A stretch of DNA of 64,000 nt from positions 3,818-67,817 of the forward strand of contig MWBE01000017.1 of NCBI GenBank assembly GCA_002068915.1. The letters are read 5' to 3'. Positions within the stretch are counted from its first letter, which is position 1. Each line of letters starts with the position of its first letter. Origin of the DNA: Parcubacteria group bacterium ADurb.Bin326. GTDB lineage: Bacteria > Patescibacteriota > Patescibacteriia > 2-01-FULL-39-33. Both the position numbers and the translations under genes were made by a program. The notes under the pieces were generated by a model. The model was not told the origin of the DNA. It saw nothing but the letters and a program-made list of their open reading frames with translations, and searched no databases. This document shows positions 46,302 through 54,894 of the stretch, one piece after another.

Positions 46302-47681
46302 TTAATAAATTATAACCGACGTTCCCAAGTCGACAAAATCATAGACAACTTTAGCTTCGCTATTTCTCATGTTGACACAACCGTGACTCATCGGATGGCC
46401 GAAGTTATTATGCCAATAAGCGCCGTGAATGGTATAAGGTCCGCTAAAAGAAGCAACCCAGGGTACATTGGGTAAGTCATAATTATTGGGATTGTTCGGT
46501 CCGTAATACCAACTCATACGCACCAAGGGCCTTTTCTTATAAATCTTAAAACTTCCTGTCGGGGTCGGAGTTTTAGACAAACCGGAAGAAATCAGAAACG
46601 AACCAAGCTTTCTGCCATCTTGCCAATAATATAGAGTCTGTTTAGAAAGATCAACTTCAACAAATTTATACTTCTGGCTTTTAAGCTCTGTTTGATAAAC
46701 TCTCTGGGGCACGGTAGCTATCTCTTGCTTGCCATCCCCGTCAAAATCTCCTACTGCAACTTCCACTCCTCGATTAAAACCATTATTATAAGCGACGAAT
46801 TGCGATATCTGCCAACCGTCACCACTATAGATATAAACCTTGCCGTCGCCATTGAAAGACTTTGTCAGCACTAGCTCGTCTTTGCCGTCTCCATTGACGT
46901 CACCGGCGGCCAAATTTAGTCCCCCAATATAATCCTTGTCAAAAAAGAATTGCGATTTAAGTTCTGAGCGATTATTGAAAATCAAAACCTTGCCGGGATT
47001 GCCATAGCCTCCGGCAACAGCAATTTCCTTGTTGCCGTCACCATCAAAATCTCCTGCTACCGCCTCGACGCCGTTCTTATTGAAATCTTTTAAAGCAACT
47101 TCTTTAATCAAATGTCCGTCATTTCCAAAAATTCTAAACTTGGGATCTTGGCCAAATCCAGAAAATCCGATGATTTCCGACTTTCCGTCGTTACCCAAAT
47201 CTTTGGCAAATACTTTGATTCCGCTACGTTGCTTGCTATCAAAACCAAAAAAACTAAGTTTATAGCCGGAACTGTCAAAGCCCCTGATATGCGGTCCGCC
47301 ATTATAACTGGCTCCCACGATTATTTCATCGCCTCCCTGGCCGTCTAAATTGCCAGCTGAGACTTCCATACCGCCCCTGAATTTATCAAAGGCGAAAAAA
47401 TCATGGATCTTTTTTCCTTCAACATTCCAAATTTCTCCCCTGGGAGAATCAAGCGCTGAAACAATCAAATCCTTTTTGCCGTCAGCATCAAAATCTCCGG
47501 CCGCCAAGGATAACGCTCCTTCATAACCGGAATCGAAAACAAAAAAAGATTTTTTTAATTTGCCGTCAGCAGAAAAAAACTTGGCTTCGGGCCCAAGCGA
47601 CTGAGCTGAAGCAAAAAGTGGCAATAACAACAACCCCAAAACTCCGGCAATTTTCCAGCTGGCTTTAATTTTTTTAGACAC
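46302..47681 (-). CDS. secreted L,D-transpeptidase (YkuD domain) fused to FG-GAP/VCBS-like repeats
   Basis: 459-aa ORF with a signal peptide, repeated GDFDGDGK.E Ca-binding-like FG-GAP motifs, and a C-terminal catalytic HGCVNM. Confidence 0.75.
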   Translation of the reverse strand: MSKKIKASWKIAGVLGLLLLPLFASAQSLGPEAKFFSADGKLKKSFFVFDSGYEGALSLAAGDFDADGKKDLIVSALDSPRGEIWNVEGKKIHDFFAFDKFRGGMEVSAGNLDGQGGDEIIVGASYNGGPHIRGFDSSGYKLSFFGFDSKQRSGIKVFAKDLGNDGKSEIIGFSGFGQDPKFRIFGNDGHLIKEVALKDFNKNGVEAVAGDFDGDGNKEIAVAGGYGNPGKVLIFNNRSELKSQFFFDKDYIGGLNLAAGDVNGDGKDELVLTKSFNGDGKVYIYSGDGWQISQFVAYNNGFNRGVEVAVGDFDGDGKQEIATVPQRVYQTELKSQKYKFVEVDLSKQTLYYWQDGRKLGSFLISSGLSKTPTPTGSFKIYKKRPLVRMSWYYGPNNPNNYDLPNVPWVASFSGPYTIHGAYWHNNFGHPMSHGCVNMRNSEAKVVYDFVDLGTSVIIY

Positions 47682-47685
47682 AAAC

Positions 47686-48285
47686 TTACTTATCTTTGAA
47701 ACGATTGATCAAAATAAGATTTTTATTCTCCAATAAATCAAAAATGAAACGGTCGGTCATGCCACGACGATAAAGGAAATCTTGCTTGGACATCACGGCA
47801 TAATTAACTGATCTACCCAGCTCCTTTTCAAAATTAGCAACTAACTTAGACAGCTTCTGTTTATTGACGGTGCCAACTAACAAAAGATCGGCGGGAGCTT
47901 CTTCGCGCCCGACAAACACGCCGGAAAGCAAAAAAAGATTAACCTCGCCCATCTTCTCGACTTTATCGATAAGCGCTTGCTCCATAATGACATGGGACTT
48001 GATAAACAACGACCTCAATTCTTCAATAAAAACAAATTGGGAATTAAGACGATAATACTTTTTATTATCCTTGGCTTCCGTTTCTTCTTCTTGCGCAATT
48101 TCAGGATGATCACAACTATTTAAGATGCCGATATTTTCAAGGTTTTCCAATTCCCTCCTAACCGAATTCAAATGAATATCCAAATTCCTAGCCAATTCCC
48201 TGACAAAATAATATTTCTCCGGATTATTTAAAAATAGTCTAAGCAGTAAGACTCTGGTTTTAGAACCGAAAAGTTGGTCGAGCAT
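47686..48285 (-). CDS. winged-helix transcriptional regulator (ArsR-like N-terminus) with a C-terminal nucleotidyltransferase-like region
   Basis: 199-aa ORF with an N-terminal KTRVLLLRLF...YFVRELAR wHTH pattern. C-terminal assignment is tentative. Confidence 0.4.
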   Translation of the reverse strand: MLDQLFGSKTRVLLLRLFLNNPEKYYFVRELARNLDIHLNSVRRELENLENIGILNSCDHPEIAQEEETEAKDNKKYYRLNSQFVFIEELRSLFIKSHVIMEQALIDKVEKMGEVNLFLLSGVFVGREEAPADLLLVGTVNKQKLSKLVANFEKELGRSVNYAVMSKQDFLYRRGMTDRFIFDLLENKNLILINRFKDK

Positions 48286-48360
48286 AATTTTATTTTTAAA
48301 AGCGCTTGCTACATCAATGGCTTAATTGTATAATATTAGTGCTATAGTGTAAAGCTATCA

Positions 48361-50517
48361 ATGGATAAAAAACAGATAAAAATAGCCAAATTGGCTATCG
48401 AGGCCGACGGCAACATCATCGGTGAGTCTTTCGTTGCCAAGCCCGAAAAAGATCTGGCCTCTAAATTAGGGGTTCTTTTTGGCGTTATCGAAATGTACAA
48501 CGTCGATGATAATTTCTCCCATAAGCTTTTGGAAGCGGTTAGCGATCTAAAAACAGAGTTTTATTTGCCGCCTTACGGCACTCAATCCACTCCGGAAAAA
48601 CGTTTCGAAGAATCTTTGGCTCGAGCCAATCGCCGACTGTTTTCCGCTTTTAGTGAATCCATTGAACCTATTGATCTCAGAAACATTAATGTCACGATAG
48701 GGCTATCTAGAAAAAACGAGGTTTACTTGTCACAAATCGGACACGGCAAGGCCTTCTTGTTTCATCGCAAGAAAAACTGGGAGATGCTGGTTTTGGATAT
48801 TTTGTCAGATGAAGATCGTCCGGCGGAAAAACCTAACCCCGAAAAACTTTTTTCCAGCGTCTTGTCGGGAGCAGTTGGGGAAAACGACGGACTACTTGTT
48901 TGCAACGAGGAGTTTCTCGGTTATTTTTCACAAAACGAATTAGCCCGAACCATAGACGAACACGCTCCTGATGGAGCACTCAAATACTTAGGCGATCAAA
49001 TCAGAGAAAAAGTAGCTAAGGCCAATTTTTATGCCATCGCTATCAAGCCGGAACAGAAAGAAAAATTATTAGCGGAAGATATTTCCCAATCCAAGCCGAT
49101 AACTTCAAAATCCGGAGGCACCCAAACTTCCATCAATAAGCTACTCAACACTCAAGCCGAGACAGAAAAATATCTCGCGCCTTCGATGATGCCTAATTGG
49201 CAGAAAGCCTTAATTATTAGTGGTAGCTGGCTTAAAAAGGCCGGCTCAGTGGCTCTTGCCAAAACTGGCGTGGCTGCAGTTGCTGTCGCTAATTTGGCTA
49301 AAGAAAAACTAAATAAGCCTAAAGCCAATAAAGAAATTAAACGGGTTCAAGGAACTGAGGTTGTCCGCACCCCCAAAACCGAAGTTGCCTCTAATGACAA
49401 CAATCGAGAAGAAGAACTAAATTATAATGACCTTCCGACTAAAAATACCGACGAACGATTTGAGGCCAATGAAAATATTTCCTCCGATTTTAAGGTAACC
49501 GAAGAAGTTGAAAATATTCCGAAGCTTAATGAAAAAATCACTCCCCCCGCCACTCTAACCAAGCCAGCCAAGACTTCTTCCGGAAAAATCTCAAATCTGA
49601 TCAATGGCTGGATTAATGATCAAATAGTTAAATTCTTATCTTTGAAATTATCCCAAAGAGTAGTACTTGCTTTGGCCTTGGCATTACTTTTCCTTTTTAG
49701 CCAAAGCATTGTTTGGATTGGCAGAGCCGAAGAATCCTCTTCGACTAGAATTTCTTCCAACAACAAAGCAGCTCAAGAAATCCAAAGACTCGTCGATAAC
49801 GCTGAGGCGCAAAATATCTTCAACGACGAAGTGGGAGCCATGGCCAGCATTAAAAAAGCCAGGGAAACATTGGAAGAAATACCGGATCGCTGGGGCAATA
49901 AAGATTTGCGTCGTCAACTTATAGAAAAGATAGATTCTACTTATCGTCGATTGCAAAAAATAACCGTCTTGGACTCCCCCAAAGAATTAATCAACTTGGG
50001 TGAAGGAAGCTACGTGGGATTAGCTAGAACCACAAGAGTGCTCTGGTGCTTCAACAATTCCAACAAGGAGTTAATAAGTATTGAGGAGTCCGGTGCGGTC
50101 AAGCGTTTCCCTTCACAAATGCCGGAGGTCAGTAAATTGTCCGCCATCGATGATCGCTACCTCGCTATCCTAACTCAAGATAACTCCTTCTACCGCTACG
50201 AAGTTCCCAAAGACGAGGCAGTTAAAACCAAGCCGGGCAAAGATTATTTTACCGTCAAATATCCCACTCCCTCGCCCCTACTAGACCCTCCGCTTACCGC
50301 TTCATCAACGATTCGCAACATTTCTAGTGGTGAATATCACTATATTTTAGACAAAGACAATGGCAGGATTGTGATTTTGGACAAAAACGGAGCCATCAAA
50401 AAACAATACTACTCAGAAAAAATAAAATTGGCCGACTCTTTAATCGCCAATACTAAGGGCAAAAAACTCTGGTTCTTATCCGACGATTCAATTTATGAGA
50501 TAGACACCGAAATTTAA
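48361..50517 (+). CDS. hypothetical membrane-associated protein (718 aa; central TM)
   Basis: Long ORF with one clear hydrophobic helix (VVLALALALLFLF). No family recognised. Confidence 0.4.
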   Translation: MDKKQIKIAKLAIEADGNIIGESFVAKPEKDLASKLGVLFGVIEMYNVDDNFSHKLLEAVSDLKTEFYLPPYGTQSTPEKRFEESLARANRRLFSAFSESIEPIDLRNINVTIGLSRKNEVYLSQIGHGKAFLFHRKKNWEMLVLDILSDEDRPAEKPNPEKLFSSVLSGAVGENDGLLVCNEEFLGYFSQNELARTIDEHAPDGALKYLGDQIREKVAKANFYAIAIKPEQKEKLLAEDISQSKPITSKSGGTQTSINKLLNTQAETEKYLAPSMMPNWQKALIISGSWLKKAGSVALAKTGVAAVAVANLAKEKLNKPKANKEIKRVQGTEVVRTPKTEVASNDNNREEELNYNDLPTKNTDERFEANENISSDFKVTEEVENIPKLNEKITPPATLTKPAKTSSGKISNLINGWINDQIVKFLSLKLSQRVVLALALALLFLFSQSIVWIGRAEESSSTRISSNNKAAQEIQRLVDNAEAQNIFNDEVGAMASIKKARETLEEIPDRWGNKDLRRQLIEKIDSTYRRLQKITVLDSPKELINLGEGSYVGLARTTRVLWCFNNSNKELISIEESGAVKRFPSQMPEVSKLSAIDDRYLAILTQDNSFYRYEVPKDEAVKTKPGKDYFTVKYPTPSPLLDPPLTASSTIRNISSGEYHYILDKDNGRIVILDKNGAIKKQYYSEKIKLADSLIANTKGKKLWFLSDDSIYEIDTEI

Positions 50518-50552
50518 TAGACCAACCCTGACCAAATATAATTACGGCCAAT

Positions 50553-50588
50553 AAAAAAAGCCCGCTTGATGCGGGACTTTTTTTATTT
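50553..50588. terminator. bidirectional intrinsic terminator (GCCCGC-ttgat-GCGGGAC + T9, preceded by A8)
   Basis: Sits between the convergent 718-aa gene and rplL. Confidence 0.6.
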
Positions 50589-50594
50589 TGTCTC

Positions 50595-50993
50595 TTATTT
50601 AAGAGTAACGGTAGCGCCAGCTTCTTCCAATTCTTTCTTAATCTTTTCGGCTTCTTCCTTCTTAGCACCTTCTTTGACCATCTTAGGAGCTCCATCAACC
50701 AAATCCTTAGCTTCTTTCAAGCCCAAGGCAGTGATAGTGCGGACAACTTTGATGACATTGATCTTCTGATCGCCAGCGGCGGTAAGTTCAACATCGAAAG
50801 AATCCTTCTCCTCAGCGGCAGCAGCTCCGGCTCCACCGGCAGCCATCATGACTGGGGCAGCAGCAGAAACACCAAACTTCTCTTCTAAAACTTTGACCAA
50901 CTCAGCCAAATCAATGACTGACAATTTGTCGATTTGTTCTACCAAAGATTTGAATTTCTCCGGTACCATAACCTCTTTTTGTTCTTCTGACAT
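50595..50993 (-). CDS. rplL: 50S ribosomal protein L7/L12
   Basis: 132-aa ORF with an Ala-rich hinge and the C-terminal domain ([11 protein letters not shown]...ATVTLK). Confidence 0.95.
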   Translation of the reverse strand: MSEEQKEVMVPEKFKSLVEQIDKLSVIDLAELVKVLEEKFGVSAAAPVMMAAGGAGAAAAEEKDSFDVELTAAGDQKINVIKVVRTITALGLKEAKDLVDGAPKMVKEGAKKEEAEKIKKELEEAGATVTLK

Positions 50994-51017
50994 ATTTTTT
51001 TCCTTTTAGTTAATAAT

Positions 51018-51521
51018 TTAGGCGGTAGAGCCTTCTTTGCTCTCCTTGATCGCGTTGATTACGCGAGCCAAGCCGGACATCGGATTGGAGATACAACCGA
51101 CAACCTTGGCCAGCAACTCCTTTCTAGAAGGAATTTTGGATAACTCGGTAACACGACCGGCGTCGATGAATTTGCCTTCCAGCACTCCTCCGACGAACTT
51201 CACTTTGTCGTTTTCCTTGGCAAACGAAGCTAAGATTCTAGCTGGAGCAACTTCATCCTCATAAGAGAATAAAGTGGCGACCTCGCCCTGCAGCTCGGCT
51301 GCAGCAGCATCTTCAAACCCTTTTTCTGAGAGAACTTTCTTTAGCAAGGTTTTCTTAGCCACCAAATAATCGATGCCTTCCTTGCGACAGTTGTCTCTAA
51401 GTTTGTTGATGTCCTTAACTTCTATGCCGGAAAAGTTGAACATGACAGCGGACTTCATTTGGCCAACTTTGTCGGACAAAGTTCCCAAAATGGCAGTCTT
51501 CTGCGCTTTTGTTTTTGGCAT
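51018..51521 (-). CDS. rplJ: 50S ribosomal protein L10
   Basis: 167-aa ORF immediately upstream of rplL, with an L10 N-terminal domain. Confidence 0.95.
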   Translation of the reverse strand: MPKTKAQKTAILGTLSDKVGQMKSAVMFNFSGIEVKDINKLRDNCRKEGIDYLVAKKTLLKKVLSEKGFEDAAAAELQGEVATLFSYEDEVAPARILASFAKENDKVKFVGGVLEGKFIDAGRVTELSKIPSRKELLAKVVGCISNPMSGLARVINAIKESKEGSTA

Positions 51522-51690
51522 AGCTTGATTGTTAATTTTCTAAACTAACTTCCGTTATACAAAAAAACTGCGTTTCCGCAGATCTTAAAATGGCTAAAAA
51601 GCCGTTTCTCGGCAGGTCTTATCGGGGTTTTTCTCCCCAGCCCACTGTCTACGAAAGTTATGCTCTAATTATAGCAGAAAGCTAAAAAAA
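51522..51690 (-). promoter_or_regulatory. rplJ promoter (TTGACT-N16-TATAAT) and ~150-nt structured leader containing a terminator-like hairpin (CTGCG-gaaa-CGCAG + U7): candidate L10-leader attenuator
   Basis: Read on the minus strand. L10-leader autoregulation by attenuation is established in Firmicutes; assignment here is by position and structure only. Confidence 0.4.
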
Positions 51691-51787
51691 GTCAAATGAT
51701 TGATGGTTGAGGCTGTAAAAATGGGACTGATTTTAATTAAAATTATCTAAATCTAAATAAAATATAATAAATTATATCGCACATCTC

Positions 51788-51816
51788 TTGACAAAATATC
51801 TAATGTGTGCTATAAT
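51788..51816 (+). promoter_or_regulatory. exact consensus sigma70 promoter TTGACA-N17-TATAAT driving a ~170-nt GC-rich structured leader
   Basis: TTGACA at 51788-51793, 17-nt spacer, TATAAT at 51811-51816. Confidence 0.65.
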
Positions 51817-51988
51817 TATATATTGTAATTGAAACAATTCAGTTGCAACGGTCCTTAACAACTAGGGAACGAAAGCGGGTACGGCTCTCAGATAGCTGTG
51901 CTCGCAGGATCTATAGGAAGCGACTTCGGCGGCAGTGGAGCTGCTTTGAAGTCGTAAGAATGGCACAACCCAAGAAGGAGAACTTGCC

Positions 51989-53491
51989 ATGAAGAAACTT
52001 AGTGTTGTATTGATGATGGTTTTTGTGGTTTTCGGCTGCCTGGTGCTTACCGGCTGTAACAAGCCTGGCGACAACAACGGCGAGAACCCGCCGGCCGTGG
52101 TCAACCCTGAAGGCGAAACGCCCGAGGGCGAAGACGGGCCGACGATCCGCCCGGTTGTGGAAGGTGAACCTGAGACCCCTGCGGTCGAGGGTGAACCGGA
52201 AGTGCCTGCCGAGGGCGAGCCCGAAGTGCCGACGGAACAGTCCGGCAGTATCGTTATCACCGGAGTCCTTTTCAAGGGACTGCCGGCAACCAAGGCGCTG
52301 AGCGCGGACGAGAACGGACTGACAGCTGAAGAGCTGAGTCAGGCGTTCCTCGAAATCGCTGCGGCGACCGATGGACTGGAGTTGGTGCTTGACGGTGACG
52401 GCGAGAATGATTACAAACGCTCCTGCACTGTGCAGAGCGACGGGTCATTCTTCTTGCGCCTGGCAAGTGTTCTGCCCGGCGATTACAAGCTGGAGCTGAA
52501 CACCATGTCCAGCACCACCGGCATCAACGGCTGGGGCAAATCCGAAGTCGATGTGAAAATCGAAGCCGGCAAGGTCACCCAGGTGACCGTCGCCCTCGAG
52601 CGGATGGAAACGTTCGCAATCCTCGGATACTTCAGCGATGAACTCGCGGAAGATGAGGATTGGGGTTCGTTTGAAGCCTTCCTAGTCGACACCGCGGGAA
52701 ACAATTATACCGCGGTCCTCGCCAAAAACGATGCCGACGAATGGGTGATCAACGGGTACAACCTGCCTGTCTCGGCCATCATTGGGGCCTTGAAGATCAC
52801 GGGCGACGACATCGAAACCATGATGTTCGCCGTCGACACGACGAGCACGGCTTTCGAGAACGGCTACTCGTTATTCGACGTGATCGACAACGAAGCCATG
52901 CTCGCCCTCGTATCCGACACTGGAGACCTTGAAGTCACCGTCCCCCCGATTGATCTGGGTGAAGGTGAAGACGAAGAGGGCGAAGTTGAGAGTGAGGACG
53001 AAACCGAAGGCGAAGGCGAAACTGAAGGCGAAGGAGAAGTTGAAGATGATAACTCCCTTCCCCTGGTCGCCGGCAAAGCGACGGTCGGGCTGATCATCGA
53101 AACCGATGGCTCAGTGACGATGCTCGCCGACGCCAACGAGGGCTTCAGCCTGCCCCTGTCCTTCTACGGCCTCCCCGCTTCGATTGCCTCGCTCGGCGTC
53201 GAGGTTTACTACCTGGATGACGCCCACGACCCCGACGGTGCTTGGGAAGATCGCCAAGTCGTGGCTTGCTCCGGACTGCCGTTCGAGGCAACCGTGAACA
53301 TCTTCGATTCCCCGGTCTGGCGTTTCCAAGTGGTTGCCAACTCCGTGGACATGTGGGCCGGAAACTATGCCAACTCCGTGAAGTTCCATGTCGTGGTCAA
53401 GTACCGCGATGCTGAGAATTGGACAACACTGAGTCAGTCCGATGACGGCAGTGGCAACATGGCGTACCAGGTCGATACCCGGACGCTGTAA
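51989..53491 (+). CDS. GC-rich acidic lipoprotein (500 aa; lipobox LVLTGC; Glu/Pro-rich linker repeats; Asp/Glu-rich segments)
   Basis: [19 protein letters not shown]. Signal peptide plus Cys lipobox. Composition strongly GC-rich compared with neighbours. No catalytic motif recognised. Confidence 0.55.
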   Translation: MKKLSVVLMMVFVVFGCLVLTGCNKPGDNNGENPPAVVNPEGETPEGEDGPTIRPVVEGEPETPAVEGEPEVPAEGEPEVPTEQSGSIVITGVLFKGLPATKALSADENGLTAEELSQAFLEIAAATDGLELVLDGDGENDYKRSCTVQSDGSFFLRLASVLPGDYKLELNTMSSTTGINGWGKSEVDVKIEAGKVTQVTVALERMETFAILGYFSDELAEDEDWGSFEAFLVDTAGNNYTAVLAKNDADEWVINGYNLPVSAIIGALKITGDDIETMMFAVDTTSTAFENGYSLFDVIDNEAMLALVSDTGDLEVTVPPIDLGEGEDEEGEVESEDETEGEGETEGEGEVEDDNSLPLVAGKATVGLIIETDGSVTMLADANEGFSLPLSFYGLPASIASLGVEVYYLDDAHDPDGAWEDRQVVACSGLPFEATVNIFDSPVWRFQVVANSVDMWAGNYANSVKFHVVVKYRDAENWTTLSQSDDGSGNMAYQVDTRTL

Positions 53492-53520
53492 ACGCCACCC
53501 CCCTACCCCGCACTTTTACT

Positions 53521-53558
53521 CCCCCCAGCTACTGAAAGCAGCTGGGGGTCTTTTTTTT
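53521..53558 (+). terminator. intrinsic terminator (CCCCAGCT-actgaaagc-AGCTGGGG + T8), preceded by a CCCCGCACTTTT motif
   Basis: Read directly. Confidence 0.7.
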
Positions 53559-53638
53559 CTTCATTTTTATAGCTATAATCAGGGGTCGACTTTTAGAGTA
53601 AAAAATGGTAAGCTATAAACATTATAACTATAAGAATT

Positions 53639-54892
53639 ATGGAAAAATACGTTATCGAAGGCGGTCATAAGCTGCACGGAGAAATTCCGGTTTATGGCGC
53701 TAAAAATGAGGCACTCAAAATTATTGCCGCCTCTGTCTTACTTGAAGGCAAGTGCACCATCAAAAACATTCCCGAAATTGAAGATATTAATCGCTTGGTA
53801 GAAATACTGGAAGACTTGGGCGCCAAAGTCGAAAGAAACGGCCACGAGATAACCATTGATCCGCAATCAATTAATAAAACTAAGCCGTCAGATGATTTAG
53901 TTCATAAGTTGCGTTCATCAGTAATGTTGGCCGGACCTTTGTTAGCGCATTACGGCAAAGTGACTATGGCACATCCGGGCGGTTGTGTTATTGGACAGCG
54001 ACCAATTGATATGTTCCTGTCAGGATTTAAAGCCATGGGCGCTAAAGTTGAAGAAAATGATCACGAGTACACTTTGCAAGCCAAAAAATTGCACGGTGCC
54101 AAAATTGTCATGCCTTGGGTAATGGTAACGGCTACCGAATCGCTGATGATGACTGCGTGTCTGGCTGAAGGCACTACGACAATTATCAACGCTGCCATGG
54201 AGCCGGAAATTCCTGCTTTGGCCGACTTCCTTAATTCTTGTGGCGCCAAAATTTCCGGAGCCGGTACCCCGATCATCACTATCGAAGGCGTCGAAAAATT
54301 ATCCGGTGGCGAATGTACAATTATTCCTGACCGCATCGAAGCCGGAACTTTCGCTATCATGGGACTAATAACCGGAAGTGAAATAACTGTTACCGGTTGC
54401 GAACCGAAACATTTAGAAACTGTTTTAGAAACTTTGCGTCGCGCCAACGCAAAACTTGAGGTTGGCGATAATTGGATCAAAACTAAGCCCTCAAAATTAA
54501 AAGCAGTTGAGTTGCGCACTCACGAATATCCGGGATTTCCTACCGACTTGCAATCCCCTTTTACTATCTTAATGACTCAAGCCGAGGGCATGTCGCTGAT
54601 TCATGAAGCTATTTATGAAGGGCGACTTTTCTACACTGACAAACTCAACGCTATGGGCGCCAAGATCATCATGTGCGATCCGCATCGAGTAATTGTCAGC
54701 GGTCCCACTCCTCTTATCGCCAAAAAACTAGAATCGCCTGATTTACGAGCTGGTATGGGGTTGGTATTGGCGGGACTTGTAGCCGAAGGAAAAACTGTCA
54801 TTGACAATATTTACCAAATCGAACGTGGCTACGAAAACCCAATCGCGCGCTTGCAGGCGCTAGGGGCTAAAATAGAAAAAATTAAAGAATAA
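53639..54892 (+). CDS. murA: UDP-N-acetylglucosamine 1-carboxyvinyltransferase
   Basis: 417-aa ORF with EPT-family motifs and the active-site region (MAHPGGCVIGQRPID). Confidence 0.95.
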   Translation: MEKYVIEGGHKLHGEIPVYGAKNEALKIIAASVLLEGKCTIKNIPEIEDINRLVEILEDLGAKVERNGHEITIDPQSINKTKPSDDLVHKLRSSVMLAGPLLAHYGKVTMAHPGGCVIGQRPIDMFLSGFKAMGAKVEENDHEYTLQAKKLHGAKIVMPWVMVTATESLMMTACLAEGTTTIINAAMEPEIPALADFLNSCGAKISGAGTPIITIEGVEKLSGGECTIIPDRIEAGTFAIMGLITGSEITVTGCEPKHLETVLETLRRANAKLEVGDNWIKTKPSKLKAVELRTHEYPGFPTDLQSPFTILMTQAEGMSLIHEAIYEGRLFYTDKLNAMGAKIIMCDPHRVIVSGPTPLIAKKLESPDLRAGMGLVLAGLVAEGKTVIDNIYQIERGYENPIARLQALGAKIEKIKE

Positions 54893-54894
54893 AT

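Noticed and set aside
52023-53389. Alternative-frame and antisense ORFs (92, 64, 73, 63, 90, 92 aa) within the 500-aa lipoprotein gene
   Set aside because: Same GC-rich artefact; the 500-aa frame has the SD, signal peptide and lipobox.
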